Part shown: positions 1-9,313 of the stretch, piece by piece
Position numbering within the stretch: position 1 is the first letter of the stretch
Layout of the letters: every line of letters begins with the position of its first letter
NCBI GenBank assembly: GCA_002011035.2
Contig: MTLY02000001.1
Coordinates: 471,546-535,545, forward strand
DNA length: 64,000 nucleotides
Direction of reading: 5' to 3'
Source of the DNA: Candidatus Hecatella orcuttiae
GTDB taxonomy: Archaea; Thermoproteota; Bathyarchaeia; Hecatellales; Hecatellaceae
The notes under the pieces: generated by a model
Database searches by the model: none
What the model was told of the DNA's origin: nothing
Seen by the model: only the letters and a program-made list of their open reading frames with translations
Made by a program: the position numbers and the translations under genes

Positions 1-649
1 TTCCGTGGTGAAGACCCACGAGGACGTGAGGCACTAGGGGAACCTGCGCCTCATGAAGCAGTTGAAGGGTCCTCCGGTAGTCTTCTACCCCCAGCTCAGC
101 ATGGTAAACCTGTTTCACCGTCTCCTCACAGCCGATAACATCTACGAGGACAGCGTCCACCTCGGCCTCCTTCAGCCCCCAAGCCAGTTCTTCGTCCTTG
201 ACCACGCCTGTGTGAACCGCCACGTGGAAGCCCAGCTCCCTCTTCACCCACCTGATGGCTGGGAGGAACCGGCGGAGGGGAACTTCCCCCGTAGGCTGGC
301 AGCCGCCGCTGATGAGGCATCCCACAGCGCCTTTCTCTTTCAGGCTTCTGCAGAGTTCGGCCAGCTTTTGAGGGGAAGTGGCGGAAAGCATGTTCTCCAG
401 CACTTTTCCGCCGCAGTGGTCGCATCGGAGAGAGCAGAAGCTTCCTGTGATGGAGATGGAAGGGTAACTCCCCCGGAGAGCGGAGGCCAGCCGGCTTCGG
501 TGAGGGGAGAAGGAGGGAACATAGAAATGTATCTGCTTCCCGAAGCTTCTCCAGCTGACTTCTCTCGCCCATCTTAGATCTTTTCTCAGAGACCCTTCCT
601 TCAGGAGTGGGGGAGCGAGTCCTCCTTCTCCTCTGTCGCTTTGTTTCAC
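1..649 (-). CDS. Radical SAM protein (biotin-synthase-like, COG1856 type); runs off the window start
   Basis: Not in the ORF track. Manual translation of the minus strand gives SISITGSFCSLRCDHC (CxxxCxxC) and GCLISGG...VPHVLVGLHHG. The GTG start at 649 overlaps the upstream TGA (GTGA). Confidence 0.8.
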   Translation of the reverse strand, partial: MKQSDRGEGGLAPPLLKEGSLRKDLRWAREVSWRSFGKQIHFYVPSFSPHRSRLASALRGSYPSISITGSFCSLRCDHCGGKVLENMLSATSPQKLAELCRSLKEKGAVGCLISGGCQPTGEVPLRRFLPAIRWVKRELGFHVAVHTGVVKDEELAWGLKEAEVDAVLVDVIGCEETVKQVYHAELGVEDYRRTLQLLHEAQVPLVPHVLVGLHHG

Positions 650-1740
650 GGCGGATCCCTTTGTGGGTAGAGGCGTTGTTCCACGTCCTTCTTCAATGCG
701 GTGATGGACTCCACGGGAGTGGGGTCCACCTGGTTTAGGACGGCGAGGTAGAGGCTGAGATAGTCGCCTAGGTAGATGAGGGACAGCATCTTCGCCATCC
801 TCGAAGAGCCCTCTCCGTAGAGCTCATGGACGCGGGGAATCTTGCGGGTAAAAAGGCTTTTGGCCGCTTCGATTCTAGCCCTCATGTCCGGCGGCTCCTC
901 CCTGTCCCGGAGGAGAAGGACGGAAAGCATCGAAGCCAGCTGAGGGCTAAGCCTCTCCCAGCCTTGAACCTCGTTGTGGTTGGCCTCCGGGAAAAGCTCG
1001 AACCTGCTGAGCATCTTGCTGTTCTCGTTGAGCTGAGTTTTCACCCGGTAGGCGACGCTGGCGTATTCCCTGAAACCGTAGACCGTGGGCAAAGTGCCCT
1101 TAAGCTCAACAGCCAAGGCTTTGGCGGGATTCTTCTCCGTGGGCGTGGAAACCTTCAAGCTGCCGGCCATGGCCTCCATCACCTTCACAGCCTCCGCCAC
1201 TTCAGCCTTCACGCCATCCAACAGCCGCAGCCGCTCCAAGACCACGGCTGGCGGAACCATCAGGTAGGGTAAAGCCTGCCGGGGCTGAAGGCCCTTGGGA
1301 ACCTTCACATGAGGCAGCCCTGACTCCCGGCACTGCTCGCGGAGGAAGCCTCCGGAGCTGAGGGCGAGGGTGGGGCAGCCTCTCTTCACCGCCTCCGAGA
1401 AGGAAGTTAAGGTTTCCAAGGTGTTGCCTGAGTAGCTGATGGCAACTATCAGAGTCTTCTCATCCGCGTACCGGGGTAGGGTGGAGTCCCTCCAAACCTC
1501 CACCGGCACAGGCAGCCTGTCGTAAGCCCAGTCTTTGATGAGGCTGCCTCCGATGGAGGAGCCGCCCATGCCTAGGAAGAGGATCTTTTCAAAGCCGTCG
1601 GCCTTCTCCAGACTTCCCAGTTCCGCCTGTTCCCCGATTTCCAAGGCCTGCTTGTAGTGGGCGGGGTTCTCCTCCAGAAACCTGGACATGCCCCCTCTGT
1701 CCACGGAGGCCACGGCTTCAGGGTCGTCTAGCTCTTCCAA
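646..1740 (-). CDS. Bifunctional phosphoglucose/phosphomannose isomerase (SIS domains)
   Basis: GMGGS, ISYSGNTLET, KTQLNENSK, PEANHNEV and GDYLSLYLA...VDPTPV motifs. Confidence 0.9.
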   Translation of the reverse strand: MEELDDPEAVASVDRGGMSRFLEENPAHYKQALEIGEQAELGSLEKADGFEKILFLGMGGSSIGGSLIKDWAYDRLPVPVEVWRDSTLPRYADEKTLIVAISYSGNTLETLTSFSEAVKRGCPTLALSSGGFLREQCRESGLPHVKVPKGLQPRQALPYLMVPPAVVLERLRLLDGVKAEVAEAVKVMEAMAGSLKVSTPTEKNPAKALAVELKGTLPTVYGFREYASVAYRVKTQLNENSKMLSRFELFPEANHNEVQGWERLSPQLASMLSVLLLRDREEPPDMRARIEAAKSLFTRKIPRVHELYGEGSSRMAKMLSLIYLGDYLSLYLAVLNQVDPTPVESITALKKDVEQRLYPQRDPP

Positions 1741-1792
1741 AAATTTTCACCCGACACTTAAACCAAGAGGGCGTAAGGAGAAATAAAGGTTA

Positions 1793-2701
1793 ATGTTGAG
1801 CGGCTGGGAGATTTTTTCGGAGTCAAGGTCCATGGAGTCGAGTGCACCGAGGCGTAAGCCGCCTTTAACAGTGGCCATTCCCGCCTCCGTTGTGGCTGAC
1901 ACACCGCATCTGAGGGAGAAAACCTCCAAACTAGGCCTCATCGGCAGAGCCCTCGCCATCTTCCGAGTGGACTACGTGGTCATATACCAAGATGAGGGGG
2001 GAAGGCGAGAAGGCGAGCTGAGGTTCGTCGAAAGAGTCTTAGCCTACATGGCTACACCCCAGTATCTCCGACGGGCGCTTTTCCAGTTGAGCCCTGAACT
2101 TCGCTACGCGGGAATCCTACCTCCCCTCCGAACGCCTCACCACCCCGTCAAAAAATCGGTGCGGGATCTGAGGGTGGGAGAAGTCAGGCAGGGCTTGGTG
2201 GTGAAGAGGGGGAAAACTCTGCCCCAGGTGGACATAGGCGTGGAGAAACCTGCGCTGTTGGAGGGTGTCCTCCCCTCCGAGAGGCTTCTCAACGTTCAGG
2301 TTACCCGTTTGGAAGGGGGCGATGTCTACGTTAAGCCTGTGGCTTTGGAGGAGATTCCCTCCTACTGGGGTTTCCAGGTGGAGTGCGTCAACCGCCCCTT
2401 AGACGAGGTGGTGAAGCGGGGAAACTACGGCTTAACCGTGGCTACCTCCAAGTTCGGAACTCCCTTGGAAAGGGTGGCGGAAAGCCTAGTGGAGGAGTGG
2501 CGGAGGGCTGGAAAGGTCTTGGTGGCCTTCGGCTCCCCTACGGAGGGTTTGAGGGAAATCTTAGCTCGGAGGAGGCTTAGGGTGGAAGACCTGTTCGACT
2601 ACACCGTGAATACTGTGGGTAAGCAGGGTACAGAAACCGTGAGGGTGGAGGAAGCCCTCACCGCCAGCTTGGCTGTCTTCAATTTTTTGTTGGAGAGGTA
2701 G
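1793..2701 (+). CDS. SPOUT-family RNA methyltransferase (DUF171); likely start ATG 1832
   Basis: LREKT.K.G.I.RA.AIFRV, YMATPQYLR, YAGILPPL, FGSP.EGL and QGTETVRVEEA motifs; usual position upstream of rpl3. Confidence 0.88.
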   Translation: MLSGWEIFSESRSMESSAPRRKPPLTVAIPASVVADTPHLREKTSKLGLIGRALAIFRVDYVVIYQDEGGRREGELRFVERVLAYMATPQYLRRALFQLSPELRYAGILPPLRTPHHPVKKSVRDLRVGEVRQGLVVKRGKTLPQVDIGVEKPALLEGVLPSERLLNVQVTRLEGGDVYVKPVALEEIPSYWGFQVECVNRPLDEVVKRGNYGLTVATSKFGTPLERVAESLVEEWRRAGKVLVAFGSPTEGLREILARRRLRVEDLFDYTVNTVGKQGTETVRVEEALTASLAVFNFLLER

Positions 2702-2802
2702 AAGGCGGGTTCAAATATTATTATTTTAATTTTTATATCGGAAATGTATAAAGGTATAAATCACTCTCCGTATATCTCCAATAATTTTCTGGAGGGCGCT
2801 TA

Positions 2803-3654
2803 TTGTCTGAAAGGTTTCCGCTTCTCAAGAAAGTCAGTGAAGTTATGACCAAAAATGTCCTAACCGTCAAACCAGCTCAGAATCTGGGTGAAGCGGCTAA
2901 GGTCATGGAAGAAAAAAATGTCGGTAGCTTAGTCGTTATGGATAGGAAAAGAATAGTCGGCATCATCACTGAAAGGGATCTTCTCAAGTTTATGGCCAAG
3001 CAGTACGACCCGCGTGCTGTTGTAAAACTGAGGAAGCCTTGGTCTTCCATAACCGTAAAAGAGGCAATGAGTAAACCGGTGGTCATGTGTACTCCGGACA
3101 CAACGGTTGAGGCTGCGTTGAGGCTCATGAACGAAAGGCAAATCCGCCACCTCCCCGTGGTCAAGGACGGATCACTGCTGGGGATCATTAGCTGCCGCGG
3201 CTTGGATTGGATTAGTGTCGCCGAAATAACCTCCCTCTTCCATCGGCTTTTCGTCAGCTACTGCAAGACCTTAGGCCAAATACTGAAATCTGGAGCCGCT
3301 TCCTTTACACCCAACTTTATCGAGGAACTGGTAGAACTTTTTGGGCGGAAGGGTTTCAAGCCTGTAGAAGAAGGGTTGACTGGGGCTCTTGTGGTGGCAG
3401 AGGATACTTTGAAAAGTTCGCAACTGGTCAAAGAAGTCCGTTTCCATGAGGTGAAGGCGGAGAAATACAGGCTTGAGATCCGAAACTGTATGTTCGCAGC
3501 CGAAACTCATCCTTCGCCCCAAGAGGCTGAATTCACATGCCCCCTCGCAATAGTTGCAACAGCTATCCTACGCAGAGTCACCGGTCGTGATGTGACGGTA
3601 AGCTTCTCCATCCTCAGCGAAACTGGATCCGCTACTTATCTGACCGTGAAATAA
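2803..3654 (+). CDS. CBS-pair protein with C-terminal V4R/methanogen-output-like domain
   Basis: CBS motifs (VGSLVV, GIITERD, IRHLPVV); C-terminal IRNCMF...CPLA. Confidence 0.75.
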   Translation: MSERFPLLKKVSEVMTKNVLTVKPAQNLGEAAKVMEEKNVGSLVVMDRKRIVGIITERDLLKFMAKQYDPRAVVKLRKPWSSITVKEAMSKPVVMCTPDTTVEAALRLMNERQIRHLPVVKDGSLLGIISCRGLDWISVAEITSLFHRLFVSYCKTLGQILKSGAASFTPNFIEELVELFGRKGFKPVEEGLTGALVVAEDTLKSSQLVKEVRFHEVKAEKYRLEIRNCMFAAETHPSPQEAEFTCPLAIVATAILRRVTGRDVTVSFSILSETGSATYLTVK

Positions 3655-3729
3655 AGTGCTGGACGCCTGATAAGCTTGCGGTGAACAGTAAGGGTTAAAA
3701 AAAGCTTTCCGCAGATTCTGGGTTTTTAG

Positions 3730-3743
3730 GAAAATCTTAAATA
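3730..3743 (+). promoter_or_regulatory. Putative BRE/TATA promoter of rpl3
   Basis: GAAAATCTTAAATA; the same GAAAA(n)CTTAAA pattern recurs upstream of several genes in the window. Confidence 0.45.
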
Positions 3744-3796
3744 ATCTTCGCTCTTTTGTGATGTGGTTTCCCCTTTTTAGGGTGAAGGGGTAAAGG

Positions 3797-4780
3797 ATGG
3801 GTCGGAGAAAGAAACACGCTCCCAGAAGAGGCTCCCTAGCTTTCAGGCCTAGGGCTAGAGCTGAAACTCTGGTTCCTAGAATCCGCTATTGGCCGGAGGT
3901 TCCGGAGACCAAACTCTTAGGCTTCGCAGGCTACAAAGCGGGAATGACCTACGGCTTTGTAATAGAAAACGAGCCCGGTTCAAGGGACTACGGAAAAGAA
4001 GTCTTCTGCCCCCTAACCGTCGTGGAGACGCCTCCCCTCCGGATCTGTGCCCTCAGGACCTACGAAGCCACCGTAGACGACCTGAGGACGCTGGGAGAGG
4101 TTTGGGCTGAAAAGCTTCCCAAAGAACTTGGGAGGCTGGTGAAGCCGCCTAACAAGCCGTCCCCCAAGGAGAAGTTGGCGGACTTGGAGAAAAACCTTCA
4201 CAGAGCCTGCGACGTCAGAGTTTTAGCCTGCACCAACCCCCGGGAGGCTGGGATCGGTAAGAAAAAGCCTGAGCTCATGGAAATCGCCCTAGGGGGAAAG
4301 TCTGTGGAGGAAAAGTTTCAGTTTGCCAAAAATCTTCTGGGAAAAACCGTCCCCGTCACCGAAGTCTTCCAGGAAGGCCAGCTGGTGGACGCGGTAGCCG
4401 TGACCAAGGGTAAAGGCTTCGCCGGGCCTGTGAAACGTTTCGGAATACGAATCCTCCAAAAGAAATCCAGGAAGACAGTGAGAGGGGTGGGCACCATCGG
4501 CCCGTGGCACCCAGCTCTAGTCATGTCCTCCGTCCCCAGAGCCGGCCAGCTAGGTTTCGCGCGGAGAACAGAGCTGAACAAGAAAATCGTGAAGATAGGG
4601 GTGAACGGCTCTGAAATCACCCCCAAAGGCGGCTTTCTCAGGTATGGAAGGGTGAAAGGCCCCTACATTCTTTTGAAGGGAAGCATCCCCGGACCTCCCA
4701 AGCGCCTCATCAGGCTTAGGCACGCGGTAAGGGCTCCTGAGAAAATTTTGAAGCCTGAAATCACCTACCTGCATGTCTAA
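3797..4780 (+). CDS. rpl3: 50S ribosomal protein uL3 (archaeal type)
   Basis: PRRGSL.F.PR, GFAGYKAGMT, TKGKGF.GPVKR and RAGQ.GF motifs. Confidence 0.98.
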   Translation: MGRRKKHAPRRGSLAFRPRARAETLVPRIRYWPEVPETKLLGFAGYKAGMTYGFVIENEPGSRDYGKEVFCPLTVVETPPLRICALRTYEATVDDLRTLGEVWAEKLPKELGRLVKPPNKPSPKEKLADLEKNLHRACDVRVLACTNPREAGIGKKKPELMEIALGGKSVEEKFQFAKNLLGKTVPVTEVFQEGQLVDAVAVTKGKGFAGPVKRFGIRILQKKSRKTVRGVGTIGPWHPALVMSSVPRAGQLGFARRTELNKKIVKIGVNGSEITPKGGFLRYGRVKGPYILLKGSIPGPPKRLIRLRHAVRAPEKILKPEITYLHV

Positions 4781-4797
4781 AGAGGCGAGGCTGGCTT

Positions 4798-5655
4798 ATG
4801 CCAAAAATAGAGTTGGAAGAAGAAGCCGAGGAAGAAGAGGAGGCTGCCGAGGTTGAGGAGGTCTCTGTGAAGCCGGGGAACCTCCCCATATACGACTTGA
4901 GGGGGAGAGTGAGAGGCGAGGTTTCACCGCCCAAAGTGCTGGCAACCCCCATCAGGCCGGATGTGATCAAAAGAGCTGTGGTGGCCCTGCAGAGTCGGAG
5001 ACATCAACCCCAAGGCCGGGACCCCATGGCTGGAAAGAGAACCACCGCCCAGTCCTTGGGTGTAGGGTTGGGAATAGCTAGGATCCCCCGGGTCAAAGGC
5101 CGCGGTACCCCCAGAGCCGGCCAAGGGGCCTTTGCCCCTGGAACAGTCGGGGGGAGACTGGCTCATCCGCCTGTGGCTTGGAAGAATATTCTGAAACACA
5201 TCAACGAGAAGGAGAGAAAACTGGCGTTGAAGTCAGCCATCGCCGCCTCCGCTCAGAGGGAACTGGTGGAGGCCCGAGGGCATAGGATAGACGCTGTTAA
5301 AAGTCTGCCCCTAGTGGTTCAGGACGAATTGGAGGGAATCAAGCGTACGGGAACCCTGCGAATGGTTCTGAGGGTCTTGGGGTTGCAGGCGGAGTTGGAG
5401 CGGGTGGAGGAAAGCCGTAAGGTTCGAAGCGGCAAAGGTAAACTCAGAGGCAGAAAACTAAAGCAGAAGAAGGGCCCCCTCATCGTAGTTCAGGGAGACG
5501 GAACTCTCAGAAGAGCAGCCTCCAACATCCCCGGAGTCGACGTGGCGAAGGTGGAAAGCCTCAACGCGGAGCTTCTCGCCCCCGGAGCCCATCCCGGACG
5601 GCTTACGATTTGGAGCGAGTCAGCCTTTAAGAGGCTGGGAGAGCTTTTCTCTTGA
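4798..5655 (+). CDS. rpl4: 50S ribosomal protein uL4 with acidic N-terminal extension
   Basis: [30 protein letters not shown] and [14 protein letters not shown] motifs. Confidence 0.97.
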   Translation: MPKIELEEEAEEEEEAAEVEEVSVKPGNLPIYDLRGRVRGEVSPPKVLATPIRPDVIKRAVVALQSRRHQPQGRDPMAGKRTTAQSLGVGLGIARIPRVKGRGTPRAGQGAFAPGTVGGRLAHPPVAWKNILKHINEKERKLALKSAIAASAQRELVEARGHRIDAVKSLPLVVQDELEGIKRTGTLRMVLRVLGLQAELERVEESRKVRSGKGKLRGRKLKQKKGPLIVVQGDGTLRRAASNIPGVDVAKVESLNAELLAPGAHPGRLTIWSESAFKRLGELFS

Positions 5656-5671
5656 AGGAGGTGCCTGGGTT

Positions 5672-5938
5672 TTGAAGCTCAGCCCCCATAAGGTCATCCT
5701 TCATCCGGTGATAACCGAGGATGCTGTGGCCCTCATCGAAACCGAAAACAAGCTGGTCTTCGTCGTCGACAGGAGGGCGGGTAAGGAGCAGATAAAGAGG
5801 ACGGTGGAAACCCTCTACAAGGTAGGCGTGGAGAAGGTGAACACTGTCATAACCCCCAGAGGGCAGAAGAAAGCCTTCATCAAGCTTAAACCCGAATTTA
5901 AGGCTTCAGAAATAGCCATAAAGCTGGGCATCCTCTAA
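5672..5938 (+). CDS. rpl23: 50S ribosomal protein uL23
   Basis: [27 protein letters not shown] motifs; follows rpl4. Confidence 0.97.
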   Translation: MKLSPHKVILHPVITEDAVALIETENKLVFVVDRRAGKEQIKRTVETLYKVGVEKVNTVITPRGQKKAFIKLKPEFKASEIAIKLGIL

Positions 5939-5992
5939 AGGACCAACCGCTAACCCATGGGCAAATGAATTAAAGCGATTCGTTGAAGGGCA

Positions 5993-6400
5993 TCAATCGC
6001 TTTTGCTAACCATACTGTCCCGAAGAAGATAGAGGGAATACAAGTCCTGAGCAGATTGGAACTCATATAAATTGTGGAAGAAAGTTTGCGTTTTCAACGG
6101 CATACGGCTATATTTTTTATGGCATTCGGAATTCTCGCTGGGAAGATGTTTAGCCGTCCCTTCCTTGCCTCGCATCTTAGATATAACGGGCTTCATGATG
6201 TCGGCATCTAGAATGCCTATTAGGTTTGGTCGACCCTTCCATGCTAGGGCAGTTGCCAAGTTTCCTGTTACCGTGCTTTTCCCAACGCCACCTTTACCGC
6301 TTAGAATGACCAGTTTATGTTTGACCCTTGCCATTGAGGTTTTGATGCAGTGTTCTTGTTCTTCAATTTCTTTTCTTCGGTCTTTCGTGGGCAGCCCACC
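5993..6400 (-). pseudogene. Truncated Mrp/NBP35 Fe-S carrier ATPase
   Basis: VKHKLVILSGKGGVGKSTVT.NLA.ALA...GILDADI, after which similarity collapses; only the N-terminal part remains. Confidence 0.8.
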
Positions 6401-6405
6401 TGAAT

Positions 6406-6990
6406 TTACCCTTTCTCAAGTTCTTCCATTCTTTTCTTAACCTGTTCCAGCTGCTGCTGTAGGTTTTTTATATGGTTTTCAAGCATCTGCATTTCTTGCT
6501 CCTTTGACGCAGAGCGATCTGCCACGGAAGAGATACCGGTTGGTGGTTGAGTGGGATAAGGCGGGGTAATCTGTCCTCTTCCCCGGCCCATACCTCGGCC
6601 CACGCCTCTTCCGCGGCCCATACCTGAGCCCATTCCAAAACCCATGGGAGCGGTAGGGCCGCCGGTAGCGGTTAGTTGACCTTTCTTGAATCTCTCAACA
6701 GCCTCCCTGACCGTGCCTGATGCACCCGTTATGAGTTCGATTCCTGCTGATGAGAGGACCTGGTAGGCGTTGGGGCCGACGTTTCCTGTTATGACTACTT
6801 TTACTCCTTTGTTTGCAACTGTTTGTGCTGCTTGGATTCCGGCGCCGCCCATAGCACCTGCGCTGATGTTGGGTATGGCCTCAAACTCCATGGTTTCGCT
6901 GTTAACTATTACAAAACACTGGCATCTTCCGAATCGCGGGTCAATTTGAGCGTCTAAATCGCCGGAAACAGCGCTTACACAAATCTTCAT
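6406..6990 (-). CDS. NifB/NifX (dinitrogenase FeMo-cofactor) family protein with G/R-rich DUF5320-like tail and coiled coil
   Basis: IDPRFGRC, GGAGIQAAQ, VITGNVGPNA; tail GMGRGRG...EQEMQMLENHIKNLQQQLEQVKKRMEEL. Confidence 0.88.
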   Translation of the reverse strand: MKICVSAVSGDLDAQIDPRFGRCQCFVIVNSETMEFEAIPNISAGAMGGAGIQAAQTVANKGVKVVITGNVGPNAYQVLSSAGIELITGASGTVREAVERFKKGQLTATGGPTAPMGFGMGSGMGRGRGVGRGMGRGRGQITPPYPTQPPTGISSVADRSASKEQEMQMLENHIKNLQQQLEQVKKRMEELEKG

Positions 6991-7010
6991 CCATCATGCC
7001 TCCTTTTAAG

Positions 7011-7077
7011 AATATGTGCATTACCACAAAATATAAATATTGCTATTGCACAAAATGTTATGTGCAAAAACACATAA
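7011..7077. promoter_or_regulatory. Cluster of TGTGCA-containing imperfect palindromes in a divergent promoter
   Basis: TATGTGCATTACCACAAAA (7013), ATATTGCTATTGCACAAAA (7037) and TTATGTG-CAAAAA-CACATAA (7058-7077). Confidence 0.55.
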
Positions 7078-7099
7078 TTGAGAGGAGAGCTAAATATAA

Positions 7100-7411
7100 A
7101 TGGCTTGGGGTTGGTTCGGTCGAGGTCGTGGCGGATGGGCTGGTCCATGGCCAGGAAGAGGCCCGTTCAGCTACCTGCCTCCTTGGCAGAGACCGGGGTG
7201 GTGGTTCGGCAGAGGAGCATATTGGTGGCTCCTCGCACCCTATATCTGGAGCCAATACGGGTATCCCAGCTACTATGGATATCCACCTTTCAGATATCAA
7301 GCCTACGGTCCATACTCACCACCGCTCGGCTATCCGGCTTACGCGCCTTGGCCGTACTTAGGTTATCTAGCCACCGCTCAACAGTATAGATTCCCTCCCC
7401 TCTGGTGGTGA
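7100..7411 (+). CDS. Small W/G/P/Y-rich low-complexity protein (DUF5320-associated)
   Basis: GAGGAG RBS; GPWPGRGPFSYLPPWQRPGW motif also present in a decayed copy near 18.5 kb. Confidence 0.7.
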   Translation: MAWGWFGRGRGGWAGPWPGRGPFSYLPPWQRPGWWFGRGAYWWLLAPYIWSQYGYPSYYGYPPFRYQAYGPYSPPLGYPAYAPWPYLGYLATAQQYRFPPLWW

Positions 7412-7416
7412 AAGAC

Positions 7417-7773
7417 ATGGGTTATAGATGGAGAAGAATGTATTACGCCACAGGTCTGCCCGGATGGATGAGGTTCGGTTATTCTCCCGGATGGGTGGGC
7501 AGATCCCCGACAGGGCTGCCTCCAACTGCTGAATGGTTGATGGTAAGCGGATTAGTGCCGCAGTACCGTGAATACCTCAGAACACAAGCACTTACTTCTC
7601 CGACTGCTGTTCCGTCGACAGCACCGACGCCATCGCTAGGCATCCCGGTAACAAAGGAACAGGAAAGACAGATGCTCGAGCATCAAGTGAAGGCCATCGA
7701 ATCCCAACTGGATGCCACGAAAAGGAAACTGGAAAAATTACGCGAGAGCACCTCAACCCGGCAACAGCAGTAA
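7417..7773 (+). CDS. DUF5320-like protein; reading frame continues past the TAA to 7959
   Basis: RWRRMYYATGLPGWMRFG motif plus C-terminal coiled coil EQERQMLE...LEKL. Confidence 0.75.
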   Translation: MGYRWRRMYYATGLPGWMRFGYSPGWVGRSPTGLPPTAEWLMVSGLVPQYREYLRTQALTSPTAVPSTAPTPSLGIPVTKEQERQMLEHQVKAIESQLDATKRKLEKLRESTSTRQQQ

Positions 7774-7996
7774 ATTCCATCATACTATCCAGTTGCACCC
7801 TACGGTTACCCGCCGATACCCTACGGTACTCCGTCACCTGAAGAAGAACTAACTTCACTCGAAGACTACAGGAAAAACCTAGGCGATGAAGTCAAAGGCG
7901 TAGAGGCTAGAATCGAAGAGTTGAAGAAACTCGTAGAGCAAAAAAAGACCTCCACATAAACGGCTGATAGACCTCATAACGCCTTCCGGTAAGTAG

Positions 7997-8241
7997 ATGG
8001 ACAAAGAAAGAGCTCGAATAACCGTAGCCAGCTAAAGGAGACTTAGATTATTGTATCAAACGTATTCGGTAAGACTGTTACATTCACCCTCACGGATATC
8101 GTAAAGGACAACTAAAAATGTGGAAGTACCTAATTCAGCTACATCCTATGAACATGTAACCAAACCTATCGTTGTAAAGACTGTTGCAGATTCTGGAGTA
8201 AACGTGATAATACAAGTGAGACAGGTTTTGGCGAATCAGCG
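7997..8241 (+). pseudogene. Decayed NifB/NifX-family gene
   Basis: Fragments MDKERARITVAS*, IVSNVFGKTVTFTLTDI and PNSATSYEHVTKPIVVKTVADSGVNVII, broken by stops and frameshifts, align with the NifX-like ORF at 18061-18330. Confidence 0.6.
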
Positions 8242-8724
8242 TTGCCAAACAACATAAACATGTCTCATGAAGTTAAGATATCAAAGATAACCAAAGCAAA
8301 GAGGTCTAAGAGTGTTGAAGATTACTTAGAAGCAATATACAATTCGACAAAAAAGGGCTACGCCAGAAACCTCGAGATCTCCTTCGCCTTAAAAGTCCGA
8401 CCGCCCAGCGTCACTGAAATGCTACAGAAACTACATCGGAACAAGTTAGTTGTCTACGAAAAACGTAAAGGAGTAAAGCTTACACCGAAAGGCGAAAAGC
8501 TGGCGAGGACTATAAAACAAAACCACACAATTCTAAAAGAATTTTTTATCGCTCTAGGTTTAAGCGAGGAAATAGCTGAAGAGAATGCATGCTTAGTTGA
8601 GCATTGTATTAATCCTTCAACGGTAAAACGGTTAAGGAAATTTATGCGATACATCTACAAAATAAATGCAAGAGAGTCAAATGATAGAATGATGCAACTG
8701 CCCAAACTTAAAGAGCATCTTTAG
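8242..8724 (+). CDS. DtxR/MntR-family metal-dependent transcriptional regulator
   Basis: EDYLEAIY, V.PPSVTEML.KL, LTPKG and AEENACLVEH motifs. Confidence 0.9.
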   Translation: MPNNINMSHEVKISKITKAKRSKSVEDYLEAIYNSTKKGYARNLEISFALKVRPPSVTEMLQKLHRNKLVVYEKRKGVKLTPKGEKLARTIKQNHTILKEFFIALGLSEEIAEENACLVEHCINPSTVKRLRKFMRYIYKINARESNDRMMQLPKLKEHL

Positions 8725-8788
8725 GATTGCTGTTAAAAGAATATAGGGAAACCTTCGTATTAATAACCAATAAGTAAAGGCGGTGCTT

Positions 8789-9115
8789 ATGGCTGGATAT
8801 CAATGGCGTTGGAGAGGGGGACGAGGACCCGGACGCCCCATGAAGCCGAGAACTATAGGAAAGCAGCCGATCATAACACGGTTTGTTCCCGTAATTCCGC
8901 CGGAAAAAGTTGATTCACACGGAAAAGAACCTATCGTTATGTCTCAAGATGAATTTGAAGCTCTTAGGCTTATTGACTATTTAGGCTTATTACAAGAGGA
9001 GGCGTCTAAACAGATGGGAATATCTAGGGGTACGGTATGGCGTTGCTTGGACAGTGCTAGAAGAAAGGTTGCGGCAATGCTTGCTGAGGGACGCGAACTC
9101 ACTATTGCCACTTGA
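8789..9115 (+). CDS. DUF134 (UPF0251) HTH protein
   Basis: GRPMKPR, DEFEALRLIDY.GL.QEEA...MGISRGTVWR.L.SAR.KVA motifs. Confidence 0.9.
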   Translation: MAGYQWRWRGGRGPGRPMKPRTIGKQPIITRFVPVIPPEKVDSHGKEPIVMSQDEFEALRLIDYLGLLQEEASKQMGISRGTVWRCLDSARRKVAAMLAEGRELTIAT

Positions 9116-9313
9116 GCATTAATACGAATCGATAAAATCCCCTTAGTATGAAAAAAGCACGTCAATAATAAAGCAGGCTGTTACCTTAAAAAATGCTCTT
9201 GAGTTCCAGAGCAACGTTGCACCTGCAGAGGACAAGAACCTAGAGGGCCACGAAGTCATGCCTGAACCATAAATTGGATAAACTTTATTTTTTATAGGAT
9301 AAACTGGGAAAGG

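Noticed and set aside
53-577. ORF-track entries 53-577(+), 126-572(-) and 340-522(-)
   Set aside because: They are shadows of the radical SAM gene in the third minus frame, which the track missed because it runs off the window edge.
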